Shown here: one piece after another, positions 50,722 through 62,906 of the stretch | Numbering within the stretch: position 1 is the stretch's first letter | Layout of the letters: each line of letters starts with the position of its first letter | Source: Callorhinchus milii | Lineage: Eukaryota | NCBI RefSeq assembly: GCF_018977255.1 | Contig: NW_024704742.1 | Span: forward strand, 83,144,001 to 83,208,000 | Length of the DNA: 64,000 nt | Reading direction: 5' to 3' | Program-made: the position numbers and the translations under genes | Notes under the pieces: generated by a model | The model's database searches: none | What the model saw: only the letters and a program-made list of their open reading frames with translations | Told to the model about the DNA's origin: nothing

Positions 50722-51031
50722 GTCCTGTAGCTCAGTGGTTAGAGCACTCGCTTTGCAAGTGAGAGACCTGAGTTCAATCCCAGGCAGGGCGAAACCTTGG
50801 ACAAGTTTCCTTACTCCATATGCCTAATAATAATCCCTCCAAAAAAACAAAACAATAATAAATTGGACATTTTCAATCTACGACTGTTTGTGGGACAGTA
50901 CTGTGCGCATTTGGCTGCCGCGTTCGCCCACAAATATACAGTCAATTCACTTTACAGTATATTCTGTGAAGCGCTTTGGGACATCTAGAAGACGTGAAAA
51001 GCGCTATATCAAATGCAAGGATTATTATTAT
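50722..51031 (+). mobile_element. Young SINE, short form
   Basis: Head and tail flanked by TATTATGTC on both sides. Confidence 0.93.
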
Positions 51032-51087
51032 GTCATATTTTATTGTGTGGTGTTTTACTGCATACAATAATGTCATATAACATATAT

Positions 51088-51357
51088 TATATCCTTGCAT
51101 TTGATATAGTGCTTTTCACGTCTTCTAGACATCTCAAAGCGCTTCACAGAATATACTATAAAGTGAACTGATTGTATATTTGTAGGCGAAACACAGCAGC
51201 CAATTGTGCACAGCAGTGTCCCACAAACAGTCATGGATTGAAAATAACCAATTTATTATTGTTTTTGTTCTTTGGAGGGATTATTATTAGGCGTGTGGAG
51301 TAAGGAAACTTGCCCAAGGTTTCGCCCTGCCTGGAATTGAACCCAGGTCTCTCGCTT
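51088..51357 (-). mobile_element. Young SINE, short form, 5'-truncated
   Basis: Reverse-strand copy ending within the anticodon arm. Confidence 0.92.
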
Positions 51358-51840
51358 ATAATGATGTACATGATGTTGTATTACATTATATGATATTATG
51401 TCATACTATGTAGTGCTAAATAGGGGTAAGGCAACATTGAAAGAAGGCTGTATAAAAGGTAGTGTGAGTGGCATGTATGAATCTTGAATGCCAGGGTGAT
51501 GACAGGCTTTTGAATGCTGTCAATTAACTCTTTTACAAATGAGCTGGATAAGTGTTTTTTAAGAGTGGGGTTATAGGCAAGACGGATGAGCATAAACACA
51601 AATGATTGAATACACTAAGGAATGTGATGATTCATGTACTAGTGGGATCATAGGTGAGTCACTTTTGGGCCAGAGTTATAAATTTGTGTGTTAGGTTGAA
51701 TTCTGCCAAATTTGTTTGACTGAGACATTTCATGGAGTTTTGCCTTGCAGTTGCAGTGGTTAGTTGTCTCCCTCAGGAAATTAAATGGATTGGACAGAAC
51801 AGATGATAGAATATTTTTATAATAATCACCTTGTATCTGA

Positions 51841-52107
51841 TTTTTTTTGGGGTCAGACGGGTATCTGACACGTGCGGAAACCCATCACCATATTTAAGAG
51901 TATCCAAACCAAACTGGAAATTCCATGCATCCCACCCACGGATGGAAGTTCCAGAGATAGATTGTTGGAATCGAATGTGCACTCTCTCCCTGGACGGATG
52001 CATCTGCTTACCTAATTCTGGAAATTATTAGGTGCAGCTTGACAAGAGCCAAGGCTTTGGGCCCCAGAGTGTGTGTTGGAGTACTGCTGGAGTCTAACCA
52101 GCTAAAA
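51841..52107 (-). repeat. Family X copy B (3' ~270 bp)
   Basis: Closely colinear with 29767-30028; T8 run at the shared end. Confidence 0.8.
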
Positions 52108-52639
52108 TGGTTGCATCTGCTACCAGCACCTGTAACCTTAGAATGTCTCAAAGTGTTTCATGGTGCATCAGCCTGCTCAGTTGGTAGCCTTGGATGCCAG
52201 CCTGGACTGTGAGCTCAAAGTGTCAACATGTGCTTAAACCTAGAACCTTTTTGAACCAGGTGTGAGAGTCCGACCAACTAAGCCAGCTGAGGCAAGAAGA
52301 CTGATAAGATAGATTGCCTTTTGTGATTCCATACTTTACATTCAGAACATTAAAAACATGTTTCTTTGCTGCTTCTCTTTGATGGTCAATTGAGGAAAGT
52401 CACTGTCTCACCGTCGTCAAGTTGGTCTGAAACGGGGGATCGATTTAAACCTTGATGTCCTGAAAATCGACCGACTTAATATTAATAATCGGGTTCAAAA
52501 GTGTAGCAGACTTGTTTTAAAGATGTACAGATTCAAAATCTGTTTCAATCCTACTGTGAATCCCAGACTCAGGTATAATGTTAGTCCTGAAAAACCCTAA
52601 CTTGTCTAATTGCTCATAGCTCATTCTTCACACGCTGGG

Positions 52640-53310
52640 TCAGCCTGGCTCAGTTGTTTGCTGCTCACCTCATAGTCAGAAGGCTGTGGGTTCAAGCCCC
52701 ACATCAGGACTTTGAACTCACAGTCTAGGCTGACCCTCCAATACAGAGTTGGGGGTGTGCTGCATTGTTGGAGGTACAATCCTTTGTATGACATGTTAAA
52801 CAAGATCCCACCTGTGCCTGTTTAGGTAGATATTATAATAATAATAATAATCCTTGCATTTGATACAGCGCTTTTCACGTTTTCTAGACATCTCAAAGCG
52901 CTTCACAGAATATGCTGTAAAGTGAATTGACTGTATATTTGTGGGAGAAACGCGGCAGCTAATTGCGCACAGCAATGTCCCACAAACAGTCATGGATTGA
53001 AAATGACCAATTTTTTTTTGTTTTGGAGGGATTATGAGGCGTGTGGAGTAAGGAAACTCGCCCAAGGTTTTGCCCTGCCTGGAACTGAACCCAGGTGTCT
53101 CGCTTGCAAGGTGAGTACTCTAACCACTGAGCTACAGGACTCCACGGTCCCACCTGTGCCTGTTTAGTAGATGTTAATGATCCCATGGCACTATTTGAAA
53201 AGAAAGTTTCACAGCCACCATTCTCCCCAGATCAAAATGACCATTCACTTCATGGTTGTTTGTTTGCTTTTAGATGCTCTGATCTGAAAGGCGCTAGATT
53301 AAAAGCAAGT
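52640..53310 (+). mobile_element. Deu-SINE interrupted by a young SINE
   Basis: tggctcagttg...gtcagaaggctgtgggttcaagccc head; core resumes at 53148 (gatcccatggcactatttgaa). Confidence 0.8.
52834..53145 (-). mobile_element. Young SINE, short form, full length
   Basis: Complete reverse-strand copy. Confidence 0.93.
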
Positions 53311-53345
53311 ACAGTAAACCTCACAAAAGTCATGTCAGATGGGAC

Positions 53346-54092
53346 CATGCATGCAGATGACACCCAACTCTATCTCTCTGCCTCCACCCTCAACTCCAGG
53401 ACCGCTGCTGTCCTGACAGAATGTCTGTCAGACATCAAGTCCTGGATGAGAGCCAACTTTCTACAGCTGAACGTCCACAAGACTGAGGCTCTCCCGATTG
53501 GCTCCCGTCAGCGCCTCCTCACCTCAGAAACCGGCAGCATCACCATCCATGGTTGCACACTCCCCCTTGCTAAGCCAGTCCGCAACCTTGGGTCTTGTTT
53601 GACCCTCAACTATCCTTTCTACCCCACATCCCATCCATGACCTGCTCTGCCTTTCCCCACCACTGCAACATCACCCGGCTCCACCACTGCCTCACCCCTC
53701 AGGCCACCAAAACTCTCATCCACGCATTCATTACATGTAGGTTCGACTACGCCAACTCCCTGCTTGTTGGGCATCCCAACTCTTCCCTCCACAAGATGCA
53801 GAACATCCAAAACTCTGCAGCTTGTGGCCTCTCTTGTACCAGATTCCGTGACCCCATCACCCCTTCCACTCCACTGGCTCCCCAGCCCTCAGAGGATAGA
53901 GTTGATAATCCTCATCTTCATCTTCAAGGCCCTGCACAGCCTTGCCCATCCCTACCTCTGCAACCTGCTGACCCCATATCACCTGTCTGCTCCATCCGCT
54001 CAGCAGGCTCTGGCCTGATCCACGTCTCCTGACTGGCCCGCCCCACCCCGCCATTGGTGGCTGGCCGGGTCTTCAGCCTTTTTTGACCCCAT
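53346..54092 (+). mobile_element. Decayed L2 RT fragment
   Basis: MHADDTQLYLS...CLSDIKSWMRANFLQLNVHKTEAL...VRNLG/FDPQLSFLPHI...LIHAFITCRFDYANSLL...LHWLP with frameshifts. Confidence 0.93.
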
Positions 54093-55196
54093 CCTATAGA
54101 TCAAACTTATACAAGTTTTACTGCAATATTATAACTCACTGTTCTCTGCACTGCCACTGGTACCTATGCAGCCCCTTTATGTTGTGGCGACCAGAAATGT
54201 ACACATTACTGTAGATGCAGCATTATCACATGCACCATACACTTTTGGGTTAAAAACAGTCCTTTTGGCCTTCACAAGTAATAAAAGTTTCCCAAAAACT
54301 TTGCCACAAAGACAGCACTCCTTTGAAACAAATATGCCATGCAGAAATACAGGTTATTTTCTTTGATTTTTGGACCCAGAAAACTATAGATTTTCTGCTC
54401 ACAATAACAATATCCCAAGATAAGCCATTAAACCTTTTTTCACACTTCAAAGATTTTCTATAATTATTGCCCTGCGTGCTTTTATATTAATAACAGGCGA
54501 TAATAAATCTGTTATTCATCACTAATGACAGAACCCACAATCACAGACTGACAGCTATTGTGCTCTTTTTCTGAATTTCATGAGTTACAGAATTGGAATC
54601 ACATTGTTTGCAAAGAGAATCCATTTTGTATTGGAAATAAATTTCAAGTAATGAAGGTTTTAATACCTGAAGATTGTATTCACTCCAACCAAGGCACAAT
54701 GATGAGATCTACTTAATTTTGTTATTTTTATTGCAACAATTTCATACTTCAAAGATGTAATAAAATTGCAACTTTCTGTACTATATTTACAATAGAGAAT
54801 TGATTTGTTTCTTTTCAAAAGCATCATGGAAATCAATGTTTGTTGTCTTTATGACAGCACTTAAATTGTGTGTAACAAATACACTCAAAAGACATTCAGA
54901 GCTTGTTGTAAGTGAATGAAGTCAACTATATTGATCCACTGTGAATGGTTTACAATGTGAAGCATTTGGCTTTACTTACTGTGTAAACAACTTTTTGAGT
55001 TGCTTTAAATCTCAGTCAAACATTGCTAAGGTACATTGCCCATTAGTACTTTCGGCCCTTGCCTGATAAAAGCTATGGAGCAATTGTTTATTTGTCTGAA
55101 TTGTCGTTGTGTTTGAATTGACCCAATGAATAGGATTTGGAGAAAACCGGGTACTGAAGGGTTTTTGGGACATGTTAGTTAACAACTGAGATGAGC

Positions 55197-55845
55197 CCGG
55201 GGTTGTCCAATACTTTAGCCACTAGCCACATGTGGCAAATTGGGAATCCGGATGTGGCAAAATTGCAATTTGATTAGTAGATACAAAATACGTGTGATCT
55301 TAATACACATATTCGTGTGCACAACGCACGCATATGTGCTTTGACAGTTTTGTGTGTTTGTTGGTAAAATGGTAAGATGAAAAGTAGCATGTGAGAGTGT
55401 TTCGGGATTGTTGTGTGTGTTTTATCTCCTTGGTTACTGCTTATTGGTTACCTGCTAAAATGGTGTGTAACATTTAGTGCTAAAATGCTGTGAAAACGCC
55501 AGATTTCAGCACCATGGAAACACCAGCAATATTGTATGAAGAGGGGAGCTGACAATTGGAATAACTGCTCCGAGCCAGCAAAAGGAAGCAAGCCCAGCCA
55601 ATAATGAGCAGCCTCTACACGGCAAAGGGTAAGCAGCGTTCTGGATGGAGAGCAGGGATGGTACTTCTCAAGAAAAAAAATAGAGAGAAGACTGCAAAGT
55701 TTAGCAGTGAATGGTGGAGGAGGTTGAAATAGATGTTTGTTAATTAAATATACTTGTAAACAGGCATCGGAAGTGCATTTACTTATATTGTGTGAGTGAA
55801 CGTGAGGCATTTTCTGCCAAAATTACTGCAATCTCAAAAAAAATC
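55197..55845 (+). mobile_element. hAT (Charlie/MER3-like) DNA transposon 5' end, decayed
   Basis: ccggggttgtccaatactttagccactagccacatgtggc resembles the remembered MER3/Charlie1-type terminus GCTGTCCAATACGGTAGCCACTAGCCACATGTGGC; no right end found. Confidence 0.6.
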
Positions 55846-55849
55846 TCAA

Positions 55850-56432
55850 AAACAAATAGCAATTTGGTCACTCAATCCACAATTGTTGATGGGACACTTC
55901 TGTGCACAATTGGCTACTGTTTTTCGCCCACAAATATACATTCAATTCACTTTACAGTATATTCTGTGAAGCACTTTGAGACGTCTATAAGACATGAAAA
56001 GCGCTATATCAAATGCAAGGATTATTATTATTATTATGTGGCACCATTTTAGCTTGGCCCCTAATGGATTGAATTCAAGATCCTCATGTTCAAATCCTTC
56101 CGTGACCTCACCCCACACTACCTGTGCAACCTCCAAACACCCGGCTGACCCCTCTGCTCCTTTCGCTCAGCAAACATTGGCTTGCTTCATGTCTACCGCC
56201 TGACCTACCCACTATTGGTGAGTGAACTTTCAGCCATTCTTACCCAGCTCTATACAACATTTTCCCAGTCCCTATGACTTGCCTCTTCCCTTTCCACTTT
56301 TAGGGCAGCCTCAAGATTTACCTCTTTGACCACACTTCCCATCATCCCTCCCACCCACCAAATCAGATGCTCAGTCATTTCTATAAAACACTTTGAGACA
56401 TCCTCCTGAAATGGATGGCGCTATATAAATAA
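55850..56432 (+). mobile_element. 5'-truncated young SINE (55850-56038) followed by an L2 3' fragment (56040-56432)
   Basis: SINE tail; then IEFKILMFKSFRDLTPHYLCNL and ggcgctatataaat end. Confidence 0.85.
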
Positions 56433-57539
56433 AAATTGCATCCGTTACCAAAATACACAGAGCCGTGCTAAAGCATGTCACAACATGAACTTTCTCCAAC
56501 CCAATAAACCAATAAAATTAGGGAATGAAGACAGTAGCTGTAAGAATTTGCATCATCTTTTGTCTACTATATCTTAAAAGATGAGTAACAGTTCGTCCCT
56601 TGATCCCACAAATTTTGCTCCAGTGTGATTCCCAGTCAGATTTTGCAATGCTCTCATATTCTGAATTGGTTCAAAGGTTGGCAAAGAATGCTGATCAGCT
56701 ACTGCCATTTCAATCAGGTAAAGAACATAGGGATTTCCAACTGTGAACTGCAGGTTAATGTACATTCATTAGGAGTTGTGTCTTACTTCCCTGTTGTCCT
56801 AGTGTCTACATGTTGCTGTCCCTTCTGTCGATTTGGTGTTGCATTAAACATTTTTGTGTGTTACAAATTAGCTTTTGTGAGCTTTGACTTTTATCATCAC
56901 TGAATTTAATTGTATTTAATTTAGATGAGTGTTTTACTACAATGGGTCGGTTATATATTTCTGTATTTTCAGACATCGAGATACTCAAGCTCAGAGCCAG
57001 ACTATCTTGTTCAAGAAACCTTTATATTGCAATGTGCATGACACAGAAAGATATAGTTACCAATACGGAGAACAGAATTAGTAGTTACATATTTGTTTCT
57101 TCTTTATTTCTTCTTCATCTTTCCCAGGTCTGTTCTGACTTCAGGCTCGTTGGTGCTCAATATTTATATCCATGAATAAACAAGTGTTTGTGGCCTTTCC
57201 TTGCTCTGGGTATCCCCACAAAGCCATTGTTCTGACCATGATCATAAGTCCATCTGGTTATCACACACATACATACCATTCCCTTATTTTACTTCAACAT
57301 AAAACCCCTCTGTTTACACATTTCATTTTCACACAATTACAAAGGACATGGTCAAGGATGTCAAAGTATTCTACAGGACACATTCACACATCACTCATTA
57401 AGAATGCTGATAATTAAGTTCACAGCAGCAAAGGTTACACAGAGGTACAAGTGGTCAGCAGTTTTCCATTGTACTGCTTAGAAAAAGCACATTTCCCATG
57501 ATATATTATTCTTAAGTTAAAAACAACTTACGCATGATG

Positions 57540-57772
57540 CTTCAGCACCTGCTCAAGACCCCGATCTGGGTCCACATCAGAAGCCAAGTCGTCAACTACC
57601 TAGCCGTGAGCCACTTGCCTCCACCCTCTGCATCTCCCTCCCTCTCTACCTAAAACCTATCTCTTCAACCTTGAGTCACTTGCCTCATTCCCCTCCCACC
57701 CTCAATGCTTGGTCTCACATCATCTCTGTAAAGCACTCTGAGACTCTGCTCTATATGAAGGTCACTATATAA
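57540..57772 (+). mobile_element. L2 3' fragment, diverged
   Basis: ctaaaacctatctcttc...ctgtaaagcactctgagac...cactatataaa. Confidence 0.6.
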
Positions 57773-59376
57773 ACACCGTCGCCCCAACCTCACCACAATG
57801 GCTGGGCCAAAAGCCAGTCTGAAGGTTTAGTCATCGCTATTTCTGTTGCTGCTGGCAGCCATGATTGTTGACAACAGCAGAACATGGCATTTCAATATCT
57901 CTTTTAGTGATATCAGCCTAGCTCAGTCCTGGGTCACAGCAGGGGTGTCTCGTACTTTGTACTTTCATACCCTGTCTGTGATCATTATTTTTATATTTTT
58001 ATTTCCTTTGAATTATCATCGAACGGCCAGTCCCCTCACTGGGGAGAAATTAACATTTTAGCAAGCTAAAATTTGACAAATTGTCGAATTCAGTCTTTAA
58101 CTTTGAAGTCATTTTTCCGTATGTTCTTAAAATAAATTTACAGAATTAGGCTGATTTTAAGATTTTGCCAAATTCTGGGGACTGAATTGCTACATAAATA
58201 GAGTAAATGTTAAACGGAGATGGAATTTCTACCACAATTTGTGTTTTAACTACTATAATTCTATGATCACCTCCTAATGAAATGGATCTGATAGCAGTTC
58301 ATCCAGAAAAAGAACACGGTTGAGGAAGGAATTCTTTGCATCTTTGGGATTTAGCCAAGGTAGAACTCACAAGTTGCTTTGATGCTGCTGTAATTTGATG
58401 TAATCTGATAAGATTATCATCGACATCTACCAAGGGCAGAGGCAGAGAGTTCATGGGAGGTATCAGCAACTCAGTAAAGTCTAGAGATCTAAAGGGGAGA
58501 TGTTAGCAAAGCCTTTGGGGAAAATATAATGGTATCTCTCAATCCATTGCTCTTTTTTTGTTCCACAGGAATTGCATGGGTTTGGCGTTGGAACAGAAAT
58601 CTTTAATGGGCTTAGCTTCTCTGTGCGCAACATTTTGTGAATGTTCAGCTATTTAAAATGTCCAGCAGTCTGGACCTGAGAGAAGAGTTATGCATGCTGG
58701 CAATCTGGAAATAAAAACTAAGCATCAGCTTAATAAATGCTTCAGGTCAAGCAGTTTTGGGAAGAGAAACAGGTTAATGGTTCAGCAGTATTCTTCCATC
58801 TCAGTTCTAATGCATTAAATGAAAATGATGATCGCTCACAGGGAAAGGTGGTTGGATTTCCTGGTGCTGAATTCGGGAGAATCTTTCTCAGAGTCGGATC
58901 TTCCGTTGCCTCTCCTGGAGTGACCAGACTCATTGACATGTCACATGTGGGTGGATATGTAACGTCAGCAGAAAAGGAGCATAATGACATCAATGCCCTC
59001 ACCCCTGTGAGGCAAAACTATTACAAATGTGTTTTTCTTTTATACCCGCCAACAACACAGGTATTGCAACCAAGGTAAAGGCCAGGAGCACAATTGCCTG
59101 ATATTCAGACCCAAACTCCCATCCTCTGCTATCATTATTTTGGCAACGGGCATTCTTGAGGGTGTCTGTTGTCATTGTATTACCTACAAACTCACATGTC
59201 TGTGCTGAGTACCCTCAGCCAGGCAGTCCATGGAAGTACCACACGTCTGGGAATATAGGAAAGCAGGAACAAGAGGAGTCCATTCATCCTATCAAGCCTG
59301 TTCCACTAGTTTATTAGATCTTGGAAGATGTTTGCTGCAAAATATAGTCACTGCACTTTACCTTATATCCTGTAAA

Positions 59377-59860
59377 TAGAGGTGTAGGGTACAAAAGCAA
59401 GGAAGTTATGCTAAACTTTATAAATCACTGGTTAGGCCTCAGCTGGTGTATTGTGTCCAATTCTGGGCACCACACTTTAGGAAGAATATCAATGCCTTGG
59501 ATCGGGTGCAGAGGAGATTTACCAGAATGGTGCAATAACTTGGTGCAATAAGAGGTGGATAGGCAGATGACAGCAAACAATCCACCTTTCCATCAAAACT
59601 AAATAAAAAGAAACTGTTTTCACTGATAGATGGGTTGGCAACCACAGGACACAGATTTAAGATAATTAGCAAAAGAACCAGAGGGGAGATGAGGAGATTT
59701 TTTTCTATGCAGCGAATTGTTACCATCTGGAATGCACTGTCTGAAAGATGAATGGAAGCAGATTCAATAATAACTTTCAAAAGGGAATAGAATATATATT
59801 TGAAAAGAAAAAAAATTGCAAGGCTATGAGGAAAGAGCAGGGGAGTGGGCTAAATTGGTT
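59377..59860 (+). mobile_element. CR1 RT C-terminus and 3'UTR with an internal replacement
   Basis: YKSKEVMLN../[37 protein letters not shown]...GHRFKII...IWNALSE. Confidence 0.9.
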
Positions 59861-59958
59861 AACAGTCTGTTCTGAGATCACAGTCTGGCTGTATGGCTGC
59901 ACTGATGTGGAGACGGATGTCCCCAAACATCCAGCGTGAAGGGCCACAAGTCAGAAAT

Positions 59959-60318
59959 ATAATAATAATAATCCTTGCATTTGATATAGCGCTTTATCAT
60001 GTCATCGAGACATCTAAAGGGCTTCACAGAATATACTGTAAAGTGAATTGACTGTATATTTTGTGGGCGAAATGCGGCAGCCAATTGCACATAGCAGTGT
60101 CCCACAAACAGTGTATGGGTTATGAGTTTTGAAGGGATTATTACCCTTAGAAAAGCAATCAGCCAATTGACTAACAACTGGATTCCTACTTACTGCTAAG
60201 TAAACAGAAGCATGAGGTGTAAGGAAACTTGCCTAACATTTCACCCTGCCAGGGAATCAAACTCAGGTCCTCGCATTTGCGACGCGAGTGCTCTAACCGC
60301 TAAGCTACAGGACTCCAC
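59959..60318 (-). mobile_element. Young SINE, long form
   Basis: Complete reverse-strand copy. Confidence 0.9.
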
Positions 60319-61224
60319 ATGACTTCAAGCATGTTAGTACATGCCTGTTGCAGTCAATACTGTGGAATGCACCCCACAATGCGAACAGAGTGAATTGCAC
60401 AATGTCAGGAGCTCAGGGTAGTGTGGAGTTGCTTCTAATTGAAGCCACCCTGCAGTATCCTTTTAGTTTAAGCACAGCACCACAGTGACAATCAATAGCG
60501 ATTTCAAGATTCCAGTTTTTCAAAATTTATCCACGGGAAAGCTTTGCTCAAACACTTTGATTTTCCTCTTACAACCTGCGCTGGCTCTCAATTGTGCTAC
60601 AATTAACTTGATGCAATAAGAGGCAGATGACTGCAAACAGTCCACGTTTGCATCAAGAGTCAAGAAATACCATAAAGATGGCAGGTTTCTTCTGTTTGGT
60701 AGTCGAAATTCCTGGTTAACCAAGTCCCTCTCTGTTGGTCCATGAGAGAGCACGTGATGTACACATTTGTGATGGACACGTCAGATTACCATACTTTTTC
60801 TTCATTAATTGGAATTCAGTTTGTCCACAATAGTTTTAGTTAAGGTGATGCCAGTGTTCCTGCTTATAGCAAGAACCCTTCATAGGCATTGCATCCTGTT
60901 TTCTAGGGTTAATTTAGTGACATATTCAATATTTAGAGCATCAAATGTCACTGGACATGCATGTGACAGCCCCCCAAATTCCCTCCCTCCCACCTACCAC
61001 CAACCCCACCAGCTGCTGTTCTCAATGGTGATGTCCATGAAGCCAGACCCACAGAGCTAAATTTGTGTCTCACAGGTCACTGCCTTCTGCTGCCAGTTAG
61101 TGTTAGCAAATAAAACTCCTATACCCACTAACTGACAGTCAGAGACCATAATCCACAGGTCAATTCATCTCACACTTCACTACTGATTATTGTCACAATG
61201 GGCAATCTGTAATATGTCAATTTG

Positions 61225-61715
61225 TGGCTCAATTGATCCTACTCTCACCTCTGAGTCACAAGGTTGTAGGTTTATATGAAGCTTTATCTATAGGCTTATA
61301 TGTGAGTTATAAGTTCCACGCTGGAACTTATAACTCACATGGTCTAAAATGACCCTCCAATGCAGTGCTGGGGGGCAGGGATGGGGTGGGGGAGGGGGGT
61401 TGGGAGCATTGCCTTGCAGGTGCAATCTTTTCAATGAAAAGTTCAATTCAGGTCCCATCTGCCTGTGCAGATTGGATGTTAAAGATCCCACGGCACCATT
61501 AGAAAAAAGAATGGAGTTTCTCCTGATGTTCTGGCCAAAATCCTCCAAATAAAATTCATTATTCACTTCATGTGGGATATCAGTGGGACATTGTGTTAGC
61601 AAATTGGCTGCCACAAGGCCCACAAAACAGTCTTATAATATATGATATGAAGCGCTTTGAGATGTTCTCCTGGGTTAAAAAGTGCTATACCAAATGTAAG
61701 GATCATTATAATTAT
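61225..61715 (+). mobile_element. Deu-SINE, near full length
   Basis: gtggctcaattg...ctctgagtcacaaggttgtaggtt head, ggatgttaaagatcccacggcac core, tail. Confidence 0.8.
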
Positions 61716-62906
61716 AATACACACATCCAGTACATTCAATGTGCTAACTATCAAATGCAGCTTGCTAAGTTGAGCCCCCCACGCACCCCCCCACCACACT
61801 TGTTGTTTATTTCTATGGATGATAACTTAACTAGAATCAATACCATTCCCTACTCAAATCTTGAGCAACATCAAAGTGAAAACGTAGCCTGATCTTTAAC
61901 CTCCTATTGTCATCCTACCCCAGTGAATTTGACTCCACACACTCCAATAAGAGATGTGGCTGAGTTTTGGCAATGCATGGTCTCTAAGAGCAATCAAAAA
62001 GAATATGGTGTCCAGTTAACAATGTCATTATTCAGAAAACTAAATCATCACTGGAAGAGCCACATAAATCATTTAAATTGTTCTCAGATGTCCTTTGGCT
62101 GAGTTGCTGGAGTTTGCGTGTCTGAATTTAATAGCAGTGGTATTTCTCGGAATAAGAATCAGGCTGGCAGCTCAGAAGGGCTCCGTTGCACAAGTTCAAT
62201 CAAGTGAGCATTTTTCTTAAAAAGGATCATTTAGATTGTAAGGTGATTTGAGACTGCACTCACATATCCATGAGGTTTTGAGTTGGGTTGAGTTCTGTCT
62301 CCCTTTAGATGTGCAGTGCATATATTTACACCCTCAGTGATTAATTGAGAGCTCCTTTGTCGCCCTGCAGGTGGGCAGAGGCATCAATACATAAAGTTAT
62401 AATGATTTCACGATGGCACCTTGTTTTACTATTATTCCCTTTTTTGTTGAAAAGTCACCTACCGCATTTCGCCCACAAAATATACAGTCAATTCACTTTA
62501 CAGTATATTCTGTGAAACGCTTTGAGACGTCTCAATGATGTGATCAGGTGCTATATCATATGCAAGGATTATTATTGTTATTAATTTGAAAAGGCGAGGG
62601 GGAAGACAAACACACAAAAAGAAATTGAGTTATTTTGAGGGTGAATGAGTGAGTAGAGGGTTGAAGGGGAAGCTAATGTTTCCAGACTCTGCTCTTTGTT
62701 TCTAATGCCACGGAATGAGCTGGTTCGAATGATCAAACATTTTACCTTCAAACCAGCTATCTGCTCTGCTGTATGCTGCTTAAATCTAGCTCAAACGTCA
62801 GATAAAGTAACCAGAGGTTGCAAAATAATAATAATAATCACATTTGAAATAGTGTTTTTCACATCAGGAGGACATCTCAAAGCGTTTCACAGGATATACC
62901 GCGTGC

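Larger units (their letters stand above)
50675..51798 (+). repeat. Direct repeat, copy 2 (contains two young SINEs)
   Basis: Colinear with 45531-46393. Confidence 0.9.

Noticed and set aside
45531..51798. Intact LTR retrotransposon or ERV
   Set aside because: No TG...CA termini, PBS, PPT or gag/pol remnants between the direct repeats.
55505..55525. REST/RE1 site (TTCAGCACCATGGAAAC)
   Set aside because: The left half matches, but the right half deviates from GGACAG; it also lies inside a transposon relic.
58737..59078. Overlapping ORFs or possible exon on either strand
   Set aside because: No recognisable homology; partly within a repeat arm.
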